Shown here: positions 12,900 through 24,241 of the stretch, piece after piece
How the letters are laid out: each line of letters opens with the position of its first letter
Numbering within the stretch: the stretch's first letter is position 1
From: Paragordius varius
Taxonomy: Eukaryota; Animalia; Nematomorpha
Direction of reading: 5' to 3'
Length of the DNA stretch: 64,000 nucleotides
Assembly (NCBI GenBank): GCA_964247055.1
Contig: OZ176051.1
Location: forward strand, 14,694,001 to 14,758,000
Notes under the pieces: model-generated
The model's database searches: none
What the model was told of the DNA's origin: nothing
What the model saw: the letters and a program-made list of their open reading frames with translations, nothing else
Position numbers and translations under genes: made by a program

Positions 12900-14296
12900 T
12901 TATTGGAAGGAATAATTATATTGTACAATAATTAGAAAAAATAATATATATGTATTAAATATATATATATATATATGAGCACTAGGTAAACAACTATGTT
13001 TCGATAATAATTCCGCAAGTATCAATAAAATCGTTGAGCTATATATAATTATGGCAACTCCCAAACTACTATAATTTGGGATATTTTATGTTGTTATATT
13101 GTTAATATCCATTTTATTACTGACTATAATAGACTATTGTTTGCTGACCTTTTATTTCATCATAGTCTAACGAACTGCGTTATAAACAATATGTAAAGGT
13201 AATTTTTTTTACATCCTTAAGCTAAATAATGTAAAACATCGATAAAAAATCCATCAAGTTTTAGGTATTATCTTGGTGATTAGCTTTACGAATGAGCTGT
13301 TTCAAAAAATTAGTTAAAATAATTAATTAGATAGTTGAAGGCTTATTGAGAAAAAGGTCATGTCCAAAATAAAATAAGTAAATAATTTACGTTTGTTTAC
13401 CTAAATGACAATAGCAATGGGTACACCCCTCGTGCAATCGGTAAACCAATTGTCAGAGTACCGTGAGCTATAAAAATATTGGGAAAAACTATTTTAAAAC
13501 TTTTTATACTGAAATTATTGCAAATTATGTTTATTTATAATATTATCATGTTTCAATTTTTTTACTGTAAGTTAATGATATTTAATTTGTTTATTAAATA
13601 AAAAAAGGAAATATAAAATACCGTAACAATCCTGCGCTTTGGAAAGGACATTTTGTTTGATTTTTGGAGAGGTTTGTTATTAATTGAGTTGTTGATCAGA
13701 GATATAATTTAATAAATAAAACGTATAACGACAAAAAATAATAAGAATATATGGTGAAAAGATTATCATATAAAATAAATTTAATATAAAAAGAACACTT
13801 ATCTTTGGTTTTCCTGTAACATATATACTGTTTCCCTAAACAAATGAAGATTGGCGGGAGACTCAATTTTTATAAAAGGATTATCAGGATATAAAGCCTC
13901 TTTAGATTGCACTTACAAATGGACAGTCACCCATATTCTAAAGTATTAATAAAAAAATGTATTTTATGGCTTTGGTGTGATCTTTTCATATTTAAAAAAC
14001 AAAAGTATATAACATTAAAAATTTATTATAAAGTCTATACACCTTAATACAGCTGTGCACCTAAAAATAATTTTATTTGAATATACACATCGAGAAAATA
14101 ATAATGCTATCGGCAATTTTATCCAAAGTTGGCAATTATTTTTTTACTAATCCTGTAATTTAATAAATTTTTTAATTATGTACATATTTAAACCATATTA
14201 TAAGTTTATTTGCTTATGGTAAGATAAAAAATATCCAATGTAGAAAAGAAGAATCAAATCGAAATTATAATTTTACATTCAAGATACTTATTTGAA

Positions 14297-14620
14297 TCAT
14301 ACGTGTAAAAAACTAGGTGCACATTTCGCTGCGGGACATTTGCTTGGCTCATGAACACTCCCATAACCCTTGCGCGAATGTGTCCGAGGTTTTGATTGTT
14401 GTAATCGATTAAAATTATTACCATTGTTATAATTGGTATTATCATTATATTTTTTAATGGACATGTTGGTGATATTGGCAATTGATATTGTCATGGTTGT
14501 TGCATTTTGGACTCATCCACCATCCGAGTTTGGAACTCGGTGGGAGCTCCACTGTTATGTAAGATTAGTTGTTAGATTAGTTCGGATTCGCTTGGCTACC
14601 AGATGTTAACTTGAAGAGGA
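14297..14620 (-). other. Exon-like or retroelement gag-like relic
   Basis: GC-richer island with an Asn-rich ORF ending in RKGYGSVHEPSKCPAAKC, which loosely resembles a decayed Ty3/gypsy gag CxxC..H...CPA knuckle. No other support. Confidence 0.2.
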
Positions 14621-15592
14621 GATAATATAAGAAATGTGAAATGATTATTTATTCGGTTTTTTTGTGGTTTATATATACTAATTTTAGGTCATATTTTGCA
14701 TTATAACAATAAAATTTCAAGTAACAAAGGATATAGTATTTACATAGAACCCAAAAAATATAAAAATAATACAATTCAAATAACGCAAAAAATTATGACA
14801 TACAACCAAAGTATGTATTTCAAATTTGCATGTAACACTTTTGAATGGTAGTTAGTCATTAAACAATGTGATGTAAATTTATTTGTGTTTATTGGTCAAA
14901 ATTTCAACCCTTTAATAAAGGCAAACTAAATTGAAAATCATAAATTATTTTATATTCCTTATTATAAATTTGTAAAAATAATCTTTGGAAAAGCCTTAGT
15001 TTGTTTTATTGATTAATTCAAAATTATCTTAGTGGATACTAAAATGTATAGTTATAACTTTAAATTTATATAATGGTTATAAAAAAAGAATAGCTTAACC
15101 GGTATTTTTAGTCCTTAAAATTTAGAAATAACTCTAAAGAAAATCAATTAATATTTATGAGATGTAATTTTTTTTAAAAAAAAAGCTTAAAAATGGCTGC
15201 TTTGAATGGCATAAAAGCAAAAAATAATTTTAATCCAAAAACCTTCATGTGTTACCTTTTTTTGGACGTTCATTGCCATCTAGACAAAGTCTAGCTATTT
15301 TCATCCATTAGTTTATAAAATAAATTAATTATGAAAAATGTTCTCGCTACCAGTGGCGTACCAAGCATTTGCGGCGCCCGGGGCATAAAAATTTTATGGC
15401 GCCCCCCCCCCCCTTTTTTTTTTTAAAAGCTAATAATATAATTTAGTAAAAAAAAATACGAACGTGGTAACCTAAACACCATAGATAAGACAGCACAGTT
15501 ATATATATCTATATCATGGCTTTCTAAACTATGAGTCGCGACCCCATTTGGGGTCTAAAATTTAACAAAAAAATGTTTCTTAACTTGTAAAA

Positions 15593-16016
15593 TCAATATG
15601 TTTATAAAAATGGAGAATGCGGCTTTGTATGTTTCCAGAAAACCGGTAGACCCATTCATATCCAAATGTCGAAAAAATATAATCATTAATGAATGCCCCG
15701 ACAATAGCTTCGTCTTTTATTGAATTAGGCCCCCAGTTCGGGCCCACCCCGTGTAAAAAACGTTTTTGAAAAATTGTGTCTTTGAGATAATTATCCTGAA
15801 AACGTGTTGGACCATTCGATTTCACATATATTTTTTTTACTTATTTTAATTGCGCCGAACATAGTCGGCTCGCTTTTTTAATTTCGGCCCTTTCGCTCCC
15901 CCCGTAAAATGCCATTTTTTTCAAAAAAATTGTCCACAATAATAATTTTTTGAATCTATATTTCGCCCAAGGTACGAGACTCTAAAAATTCAATAAGGAT
16001 CTAAAAATTCAATAAG
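15593..16016 (+). mobile_element. Helitron family H, copy 2 (5' part)
   Basis: The start TCAATATGTTTATAAAAATGGAGAATGC matches the 5' end of copy 4. It is colinear with 1173-1610 and runs into the tandem array. No CTAG end. Confidence 0.75.
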
Positions 16017-17450
16017 GATTCCAGGTATTCCTGTTAAAAGGCAAATATTTTAGCCGAGCGTTTTTTTATATTGGCTGCTGGGTAAGAAAATACCCGCTAA
16101 AAATTGCCCCATCATAAGGAAATAGGGTGCCTTTGGGGCTAAATTTCAAAAACCTATCAGGCCAATGTTAATAGTTAAAATATTATCCATAACAAGGCAA
16201 AAATTTAGGTCGTACGAATTTTCATTCACGCCCTGAAAAATACGTCACTATAGAATGATTTTTTAGTTTTAAGGCAATTTTTCCAAAAACTAATGAGAGC
16301 ATATGGAATCATTAATGATTCCAGGTATTCTCCGTATAAACGCAAAAATTTTAATCAAGCGTTTTTTTATCAGCTGTTGGGTAAGGAGCTACTCACCTAA
16401 AACTGCACCACCATATCGAAATTGCGTTGTTTAGGAGTTAATTTTCAAAAAACTTATCAGGCCATATAAGTTTAATATAAACCTGAAATATTACCCGTAA
16501 AAGTCAAAAATTTAAGTATAGCGGTTTTTTTAAATTTGCCGTTAATTAGGCCCTTTACGCCCTAAAAAATGCGCTATCATTTAACTATTATTTAGTTTTA
16601 ACTATTAATAACATAAGGAATGAATGATGATTCCAGTTATTACCCTATAAAGGCAAATTTTTTTACGAACGTCTTTATTATATTGGCTTCCGGGTAGGGA
16701 GCTACCCGCCAACAACTGCGCCACCATATCGATACAGCGTAACTTTGGAGGCAAATTATAGAAAACTTATTAAGTCATATGAGTTCAATAAGGGCTTGAA
16801 ATATTACCTTAAAAAGGCAAAAATTTGAGTAGAGAGGTTTTATTAAATTAACCCTTAATTAGGCCTTTGCCCTGAAAAAATGCGCCACCGTAGAATAACT
16901 TTTTGGTTTTGGGGCAACACGAGAGCATATGGAATCAATCATGATTCCAGGTATTACCCGGATTAAGGCAAAAAATTTAATTGAACGTTTTTTGTTTCGC
17001 TCCTGGTTAGAGGCTACCCGCGTAAAACTGCGTCCAATCTCGATACAGCATGCCTTTGGAGCCAAATTTCAGAAAACCTATGAGTCTAATAGGAACAATC
17101 AATTTCATGATAATTCTAGATAATCCCCATATGAGGGCAAAAATTTTAACCAGCGCTTTTTTATACCTGCCTTGGGTTAGGTGTACCCGCCAAAAACTGG
17201 TCCACTATATAGTTGCTTTGTTTTGGAACTAATTTACAGAAAATTATGAAGCCATATGAGCTCATTAAAACAATGAAATATTATCCGTAACTAGATAAAA
17301 AAATCAGGCGTTTTTTATAGCCGTTAATTTGTGGCTTTATGCCCTAAAAATACGCCATCTTATAACAATAATTTAGTGTTGAGGTATTTTTTCGAAACCC
17401 CATATATGGTATCAAAGATGATTCCAAATATTTGCCATTAAGAAGCCATA
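16017..17450 (+). repeat. Diverged tandem array, ~312-bp dimer of ~165 + ~145 bp subunits
   Basis: A subunits (GATTCCAGGTATT...AAGGCAAA...CTACCCGC) start at 16017, 16317, 16629, 16943, ~17112 and 17420. B subunits (GAAATATTACC...AAAAATTT...CGCCCT) start at ~16177, 16486, 16798 and 17275. Confidence 0.85.
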
Positions 17451-17793
17451 CGAGTTCAGTTAAACACATTTCTGGGGAATTTGTATAATATCATTCTTTC
17501 CTTTAAAAAGGCCACCGATCATTATAATATCTTGTATAAATTTACTATGACTCAGAAGATGTTAAAGAAATTTATAAAAATGTAGATTTATTTTTGTAAA
17601 TTAAAACCGAAATAATCCTGATAAATATTATCAACAAAATTTATAAGCGTTTTTCGAATTGTTGGGGTCGTTGAGAAACTCGCTATCATAAATGGGGTCG
17701 GTTACAAAAGTTTAAGAAGCCCTGATCTATATGATAGTAAATTTATTCATTTTTAAATGCAAATATATTCTAATAAATTCTATAATATGGAAA

Positions 17794-18325
17794 TGTATAT
17801 ATTTATAGAAATGGAAAGTGGTGGCTTTGTGATCTGTTTCCGAAAAACCGGTAAACCCATTCTCCAAACATCGAAAAAATATAATCATTAATAAATGCCC
17901 CGACAATAGCTTCGCCCTTTTTTGAAATAGGCCCTCAGTTCGGGCCCACCCCGTGTAAAAAACGCGTTTTTTTTAAAAACAGAAGTCCACAAAAATCGTG
18001 TCTTAAGACAATCTTCCGGAGAACGTGTTAAACCATATTTCAAATGTGATTTTTATTTGCTCATTTCCGATTGCGCCGAACATGGTCGTCTCGCTTTTTT
18101 AATTTAGGCCCTATATTTACCCGCTCCCCCCATAAAATGCCATTTTTTTCAAAAAACAAAGTCCACAAAAATAATTTTTTTAATCTATTTTTCGCCCTAG
18201 GTATGAGACCGTTTGGCCCAAGTAAACAATATATTAGTATGAATGTACCGTTTTAAAATTTTATGAGATGATAGCTATTAAATACTGTTTCGAAATACTT
18301 TTTTCAAAAAGCGCCCCCTCCACCC
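17794..18325 (+). mobile_element. Helitron family H, copy 3 (single-unit, 3'-truncated)
   Basis: Colinear with 1173-1590, then jumps to the 3' segment (TTAGTATGAATGTACCGTTTTAAAA). It lacks the CTAG end. Confidence 0.7.
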
Positions 18326-19118
18326 GGAATAATGTTTTTGTTGCATATATTGAATTGACCTTATGATAATGGCGAACAATAATGATTTAAAAAATAATTG
18401 TAAATCTAGGAGAATTTTACACATAAACAGAATTATTTAATAAAATATTAATTATATGAAGATTTTATCACTTGGAAAGGAAAAAAGCAACTAAGAGAAA
18501 AAATATCTTTTATGTAAAATTTCTGGCTTTTTATATTGCAAAATTATCAATTTCATCAAAATCTATCATATTAATTTTTCCACTCTCAACAATGTTAATC
18601 ATTCTCGTTTTACGGTACTAATTAGGTGAATAATAGTGTATATATATTGGGGATTATTATATTGAAAAATCTCATTTGAAAGTTCTTATTATTTTTGCAT
18701 AATTAAAATTTAATTTTAAAAAATCATTTAGGCGCCCCTAAATAACGGCGCCCGGGGCATGATGCACCCCCTTGCTTCCCCCCCTCGGTACGCCCCTGTA
18801 AACAAGCTGTCTCGCCCTATATATCCATGACCCTATTACAATTTTTACGTGCAATCAATTTTTACATATAAATTTATCGCTATCTCACATTTTCTGTTTA
18901 TATTACATGATAAGACTAAAGCATGTATACAGTACGAATTGTTTGCAGACACAAGGTAAAAATATCTATTTTTTTAAAAAACAACCATGTCGTTGTAAAA
19001 TCAAAAATAGAGATGTAAATTGGTAAACCAACTCATATGCAATTAAAATCATAAATACACAGTTAGTATCAAAATTTAAAAAATAAGTGGTGGTCTTATT
19101 ACTGCAACATTCTCCCTC

Positions 19119-19616
19119 CTTTTCTAGATACAACGCCGCAGCCAAACTCAATGCGTACAATAGAAAAACGTTAAATGTAATGGCACATCAAATAAAAACC
19201 TACCAGATCTACACCCAAACTTCGAACTCAAGACCTGGGGCGTACCGAGGGGGGGCAAGGGGGTGCATCATGCCCCGGACGGCGCAAATGCTCGGTACGC
19301 CACTGCTCAAGACACTGCAGTTTTACAAAGATCAAATGCAGAAAATATTGCTGTACAATATACAGGAATAGTACAACAACCTCAAATACAAAAAGCAGTT
19401 GCACAAAAACCTGTAGCAATGAAACCGCAGTTAGGCTATTTTGTTGCAAGTACTCCACCAGGTAATATGTCAGATGCGCCTAAGCCCCAAAACCCAATAG
19501 GATCCGGTGTAGCTGGAAAAAATTATAGAAACATAAGCACTTCAGCTCGTACCTTAAAGGCAAAAACTACAGATAATATTGATGACGAAGATTCAACACC
19601 ACATGGCAATTTATAA
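19119..19616 (+). pseudogene. Low-complexity Q/P/T-rich coding-like segment disrupted by a 71-bp insertion
   Basis: Open frame QDTAVLQRSNAENIAVQYTGIVQQPQIQKAVAQKPVAMKPQ...GNL* (19306-19616), in GC-richer DNA than the flanks. The upstream frame is not cleanly joined even after removing the insertion. Function unknown. Confidence 0.3.
19235..19305 (+). mobile_element. 71-bp minimal family-G MITE
   Basis: CTGGGGCGTACC...GGTACGCCACTG with a perfect 8-bp TSD CTCAAGAC (19227-19234, 19306-19313). Confidence 0.9.
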
Positions 19617-19969
19617 ATTATCGAGCTTTTACTTTTTAGTATCAAATTTATCCATACTTTTGCTGTTAGTGATTTGCATTTATCGGCAATCATTTGGTAA
19701 TTTTTTGCTATATACATTTTTTTATAAAATTTTGCACAATGTTAGTACTGCATTATAAAATAAATGGCTACAAAATGATATTTTCGATTACCGTTTAAAC
19801 TACTTTCCCTGTCAAAACTCCTGTTGTGATTTAGTTAGGATAAAAGCATTCCAAACCATCCAAATTATCTCTCCATAGATAAGTAATAAAATCATTTGTA
19901 CGCAAACACATTTATTTAAAAAATTAAAAATTAAGCAGGTAACTCTCATTCAAAATTTGCAATTGCACG

Positions 19970-20520
19970 TCAACCATAAATTGGAAAGCCGTATCCACCA
20001 TAAAATGGGGCATAAGGAATTCCATATCCTAACCCATATCCCAACCCATATCCGTATAAGCCGCCATACAAGGCTAATGTAGGATCTATAAATTGGGCAT
20101 TCACCATTTTTTTAGAGTTTCGGAGATAAGAATTTAACTTTAAGACCTATAAAATATTAAAAGAGTTTCGTATGTTAAGGTGTAAATTTTTACGTGTTAC
20201 TGTAAAAATTGAAATTAAACTCACTAAACATTAAATAAAGAAAAATATTTTTTTTAAAAAAAGCAACCAAGTTTTTTTCAAACCTTATTTGTTACTATAT
20301 AACTATTTAATTACAATTGTAAAATATATAAGGTATGTTTTGCTAACTTTGTAAAAAATCAAGTGTAAAAAGTACAGCAGTTTTTACAATAAAAATATTT
20401 GTCGTTAATTTTTTCGTTTTGTTTGTTATAATTTAATTTTAATGTAATGAGCATTGCGAAAAAATATCTTACCGCTAAAATGGAAAAAAGGATATTTAAG
20501 AGACAGGCTTTCGTTTTCAT
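19970..20520 (-). CDS. Small Gly/Tyr-rich putative secreted structural protein (2 exons, apparent 1-nt frameshift)
   Basis: Exon 1 (20473-20520) encodes MKTKACLLNILFSILA followed by the donor GTAAGA. Exon 2 starts at 20146 after an acceptor TAG and continues in frame ...VNAQFIDPTLALYGGLYGYGLGYGLGYGIPY. The shifted frame continues PFYGGYGFPIYG* (TGA at 19970-19972). Confidence 0.5.
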
Positions 20521-20831
20521 TATCCTGGGAAGGGATAAAAGTATTAAGCTGACGAAGAGGATATATAGGAACAAAATAATATTTTAATGCGAAATTGAAC
20601 GCTATATATTTATATATATGCGTTGATGAGCAAAGCAACATATAATTTGAATAACATCAATTTTATATAACAAAAAAAATATAAATGTAGGGTAAAATTA
20701 CTAATTTTTTTCAAACATATTATGCATATTTCAAAAACTTTAACAAAACACCCAACCCGTGTACACTGGCTAAATTTAAACCCATGTAACTTATTCAATT
20801 TTATCAAATTTGAGCATAACTACTATTTTCA

Positions 20832-23800
20832 TAGGGTGACCAGACGTCCCGCTTTTTCACACTTTGTCCTGCGTCCCGCTACGTTTTTAAAATGTCCCGC
20901 TTTTTCACGATTATATAAAAAAATTTTTTTTCAATACAAATAAATTTTTTTATCCGTTTAAATTTTTTATCATTAAATATCTTTAAAATCTATTCAATTT
21001 TAAATTAAAATTATTTATTTTTAAATAAAAAAATTTATTTTTTGCGAATTTATAACATATTAATATACACTTTGCTTCCTCCTACTACTGTCATTTAGCA
21101 AAAAGCCAAGTTAATACCACAAATCTCTAGATTAAAAGACAAATTGATACCACAAATCGGTACCTTACACGTTTATTCCAGAAAATTAAGGTAGTATAAT
21201 ATTTATTATACTAATATTTTAGTATTATTACTTACCAACATTATTAAAAAGCCAAATTAATACCACAAATCGGTAGCTTAAAAGACAAATTGATACCACA
21301 AATCGGTACCTTACACGTTTATACCAGAAAATTAAGGTATTATAATATTTATTATAATAATAGTAGTTTATAAATATGAGCACAAAAAGAGGTTGTAAAT
21401 TCAACGATGAATAATGAAAGATTTTCCTTTTATCAAAAAAACGATGAATAATCTGTTAAATGTCCTATATGCGAGGGGGAATTCACCCTAGCACATGGCG
21501 GCGAGCATGATATTACAAAGCATATGGAAACACAGAAACATAAAAAATGTTTAGATATGGCGGCATCATCTTACAAAATGAGCGATTTTTTTCTAAAAAC
21601 CGCTTTTGGAGAGGAAGAAAAAAATTTGGCACTAGCTGAGGGCGCGTTATCTTTTCACGCCGTTAATCACAATCGTTCCTTTAGATGTATAAATTGTACC
21701 TCACAGGTTATTCGCACCTTATTCAATAAAAAATTTACATGTGCCCGTACAAGGGCCGAAGCCATTGAATGCAATGTCCTTTCGCCACATGCATTTTCTG
21801 AAATACAATAAGATTTACTGAAAATTAATTTCATATCGCTATACTTTGATGCATCTCACAAGGAAACAAAATTATTTCCTTTAATAAGATATTTTGATCC
21901 AGAAACTGGAGTAATTAAAATTTTAGATTTTATTTCGCTACCCGGTGTAAATTCCGACATAAGTTATACTTCAATAAAGAATATTTTAGAAAATAATAAT
22001 TTAAAAGACAAAATCATCGCATATTGCGCTGATACCATTACGAACTTCGGTGGAAAAGCAAGGAGGGGAACAAAAAATATTTTCATAAATTACATATAAT
22101 CTTAATCAAAACATTATTGGCGTTGGGTGTGCAGCGCATATAATACACAACGCTATTCAAACAGCTGCTGATTTGTTACCCCTAGATGTGGAAAATGTAG
22201 TTGTTAAAATATATTCCTATTTTTATATATACACGGTACGTGTTAAAACGCTTAAAGAATTCTGTGAAAATGCAGAAGTTCAATATCAAAAAATGCTTGG
22301 ATATTGTAAAACGCATTGGTTAGCTTTTATGCCAGCTATCGAAAGAATTTTAAAAATGTATGGTCCTTTAAAATCTTTTTTTTATCACAGGACAAATGTC
22401 CTACAACTTTAAAAAAGTTTTTTGAAAGTGATTCTTAAAAAATATGGTTAGAATTCTTACATAATCAAACTTCTCTCTTTCAAAATGTTATTAAATTTAT
22501 ATGAGGTGACCAACGAAGTAGCCAATGAAGTTAGTAACCTAAAATTCCAATGTCAAGAACGGTTAGAAAATAATTTTATACCATTAACCATCCGCAATAT
22601 AATAAATAATTTAGAAAAACAAGGCTTAATAAATCGCCAAGATATCCTGCACCATATAAAAATATATACAAACTGTAAAGATTATTTGGAAGACTGGACG
22701 ACGCAATTTAATGAAATTGATCATTTTCATTGGAGAACATTAAAATCAGTATTTAATTGGTGCGATGTTAAAAAACATTTGATTATATCTGCTCCCTTAT
22801 ATTCTCAAAAAGTAATCTTTCAAAAAATGATCTTTTTTTCTGAAATATCATTAGTTAAAAGATATAATAATGAAAAACTTAAATTATGGACAAAAAAACT
22901 TACAGTAGAAAAGAAATGGTTGGAAATATTTCATCATTTTGAAGCCAACTATATTACATACAATAATATTTTAAAAATTGTGGAATTCGCACTATCTTTA
23001 CCTGGAACCAACGCTGCTACTGAGCGCGTTTTTTCCACAGTAAATCAGGTGTGGACATCGGAAAAATAAAATTTAAATGTTGAAACTTTAAAGGCCGTTT
23101 TATCTGTCAAATATAATTTGACAAATTCTTGTGAAGACTTCTACAATATTTTAAAAAATGATGACGATCTGCTAAAGCGCATTCACTCATACAAAAAATA
23201 TACCAAAGAATAAAATATTTTCTTATATTTATAAAGTTTTGATGTTAAAAAATAAACAAAATTACTTAAAATATTGTATAAGTCTTCATAATTAAATTAT
23301 ATTTGAACACATAAAATGGCTTTAATTCAACATTTAAATTTGATTCGGTGTCTTTACTTAATTTACTGTGGAAAAACGCGTTCAATAGCAGGGGTTCAGG
23401 TAAAGATAATGCAAATTCTACAATTAAAATATTATTGTATGGAACAAAATTTGTTTAAAAATGATTATTTTAACCATTTCTATCCTACGTATTTTTTTCT
23501 GTTGTCCATAATATAGGTTTTCATTCAATATATTTATTTAATAATGAGACTTCATAAAAAAGTGTCATTGTGCACCGTCTTGTCTTCCAAATAATCGTTT
23601 CTGTTTGTATAAAACATTTTTATATTCTGGCTATTCATTGAGCCTTGTTTTTCTGGATGCTTAATAATATTGCGATTAGGTAATGGTATAAAATTATTTT
23701 CTAAACTTTTTTGACTTGGAATTTTGACCATTGTCCTATGATAAAAAATAGGATTCTAGGAGATCACATTTTTATAAATATTTCAATCGCTGGCAAAAGA

Positions 23801-24241
23801 GCTGACCAACAGTTCTACAATATCCAAGCATTTTAACATCTATATTTTCCACATCCAGGGGAACAAATCAGTAGCTGTTTGAATAGCGTTGTGTATCTGC
23901 CAGTAATGTTTTGATTAACATTATTCGCTAAATTGTTAAAATATTTTTTGTGCCGCTTCTTGCATGACCCAGCGCACTTTGTGATGATTTCGTCTTTATT
24001 TTTTTGTAGAATATTACTATCACTTCACCCTTTGTTCGTGCACATGTAAATTTATTGAATAAAGTACAAACAACCTGTAAGGTACAATTTTTTTATATTT
24101 ATAATGTATTTGTGTTAAAAATAAATAAATATTACAATAAATTTTTTGTATAAAAATTTTTGGTTGTATCCCCTAATGACCCTACCCTCCCCCCCTTTTC
24201 AGATTGTCCCGCTTTTTCCTTCAAAAAATCTGGTCACCTTA
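20832..24241 (+). mobile_element. hAT (Blackjack-like) DNA transposon, full-length but decayed, copy 1
   Basis: TIRs TAGGGTGACCAGA and TCTGGTCACCTTA, repeated subterminal GTCCCGC motifs, and a perfect 8-bp TSD TATTTTCA (20824-20831, 24242-24249). Contains transposase remnants and a ~155-bp tandem duplication (21085-21360). Confidence 0.9.
21376..23213 (+). pseudogene. hAT transposase (frameshifted)
   Basis: N-terminal zinc finger VKCPICEGEFTLAHGGEHDITKHMETQKH, central CKTHWLAFMPAIERIL, and hAT C-terminal dimerization motif LSLPGTNAATERVFS. Multiple stops and frameshifts. Confidence 0.85.

Larger units (their letters stand above)
15515..17724. mobile_element. Non-autonomous hAT element (Charlie-like ends) carrying a Helitron fragment and a satellite
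   Basis: TIRs CATGGCTTTCTAAACT and AGTTTAAGAAGCCCTG, with subterminal GTCGCGACCCC and GGGGTCG. Perfect 8-bp TSD ATCTATAT (15507-15514, 17725-17732). Confidence 0.85.
15351..18798 (-). mobile_element. CAGGGGCGTACC/CAGTGGCGTACC MITE (family G) expanded to 3.4 kb by nested insertions
   Basis: 15351-15514 and ~18600-18798 are the reverse complement of the 402-bp copy at 43960-44361. The TIRs are intact, but the flanking 8-mers do not match. Confidence 0.75.

Noticed and set aside
15343-18818. TSD for the expanded family-G element
   Set aside because: The flanks CTCGCTAC and TAAACAAG do not match, and the nearby CTCGCCCT is not adjacent to the TIR.
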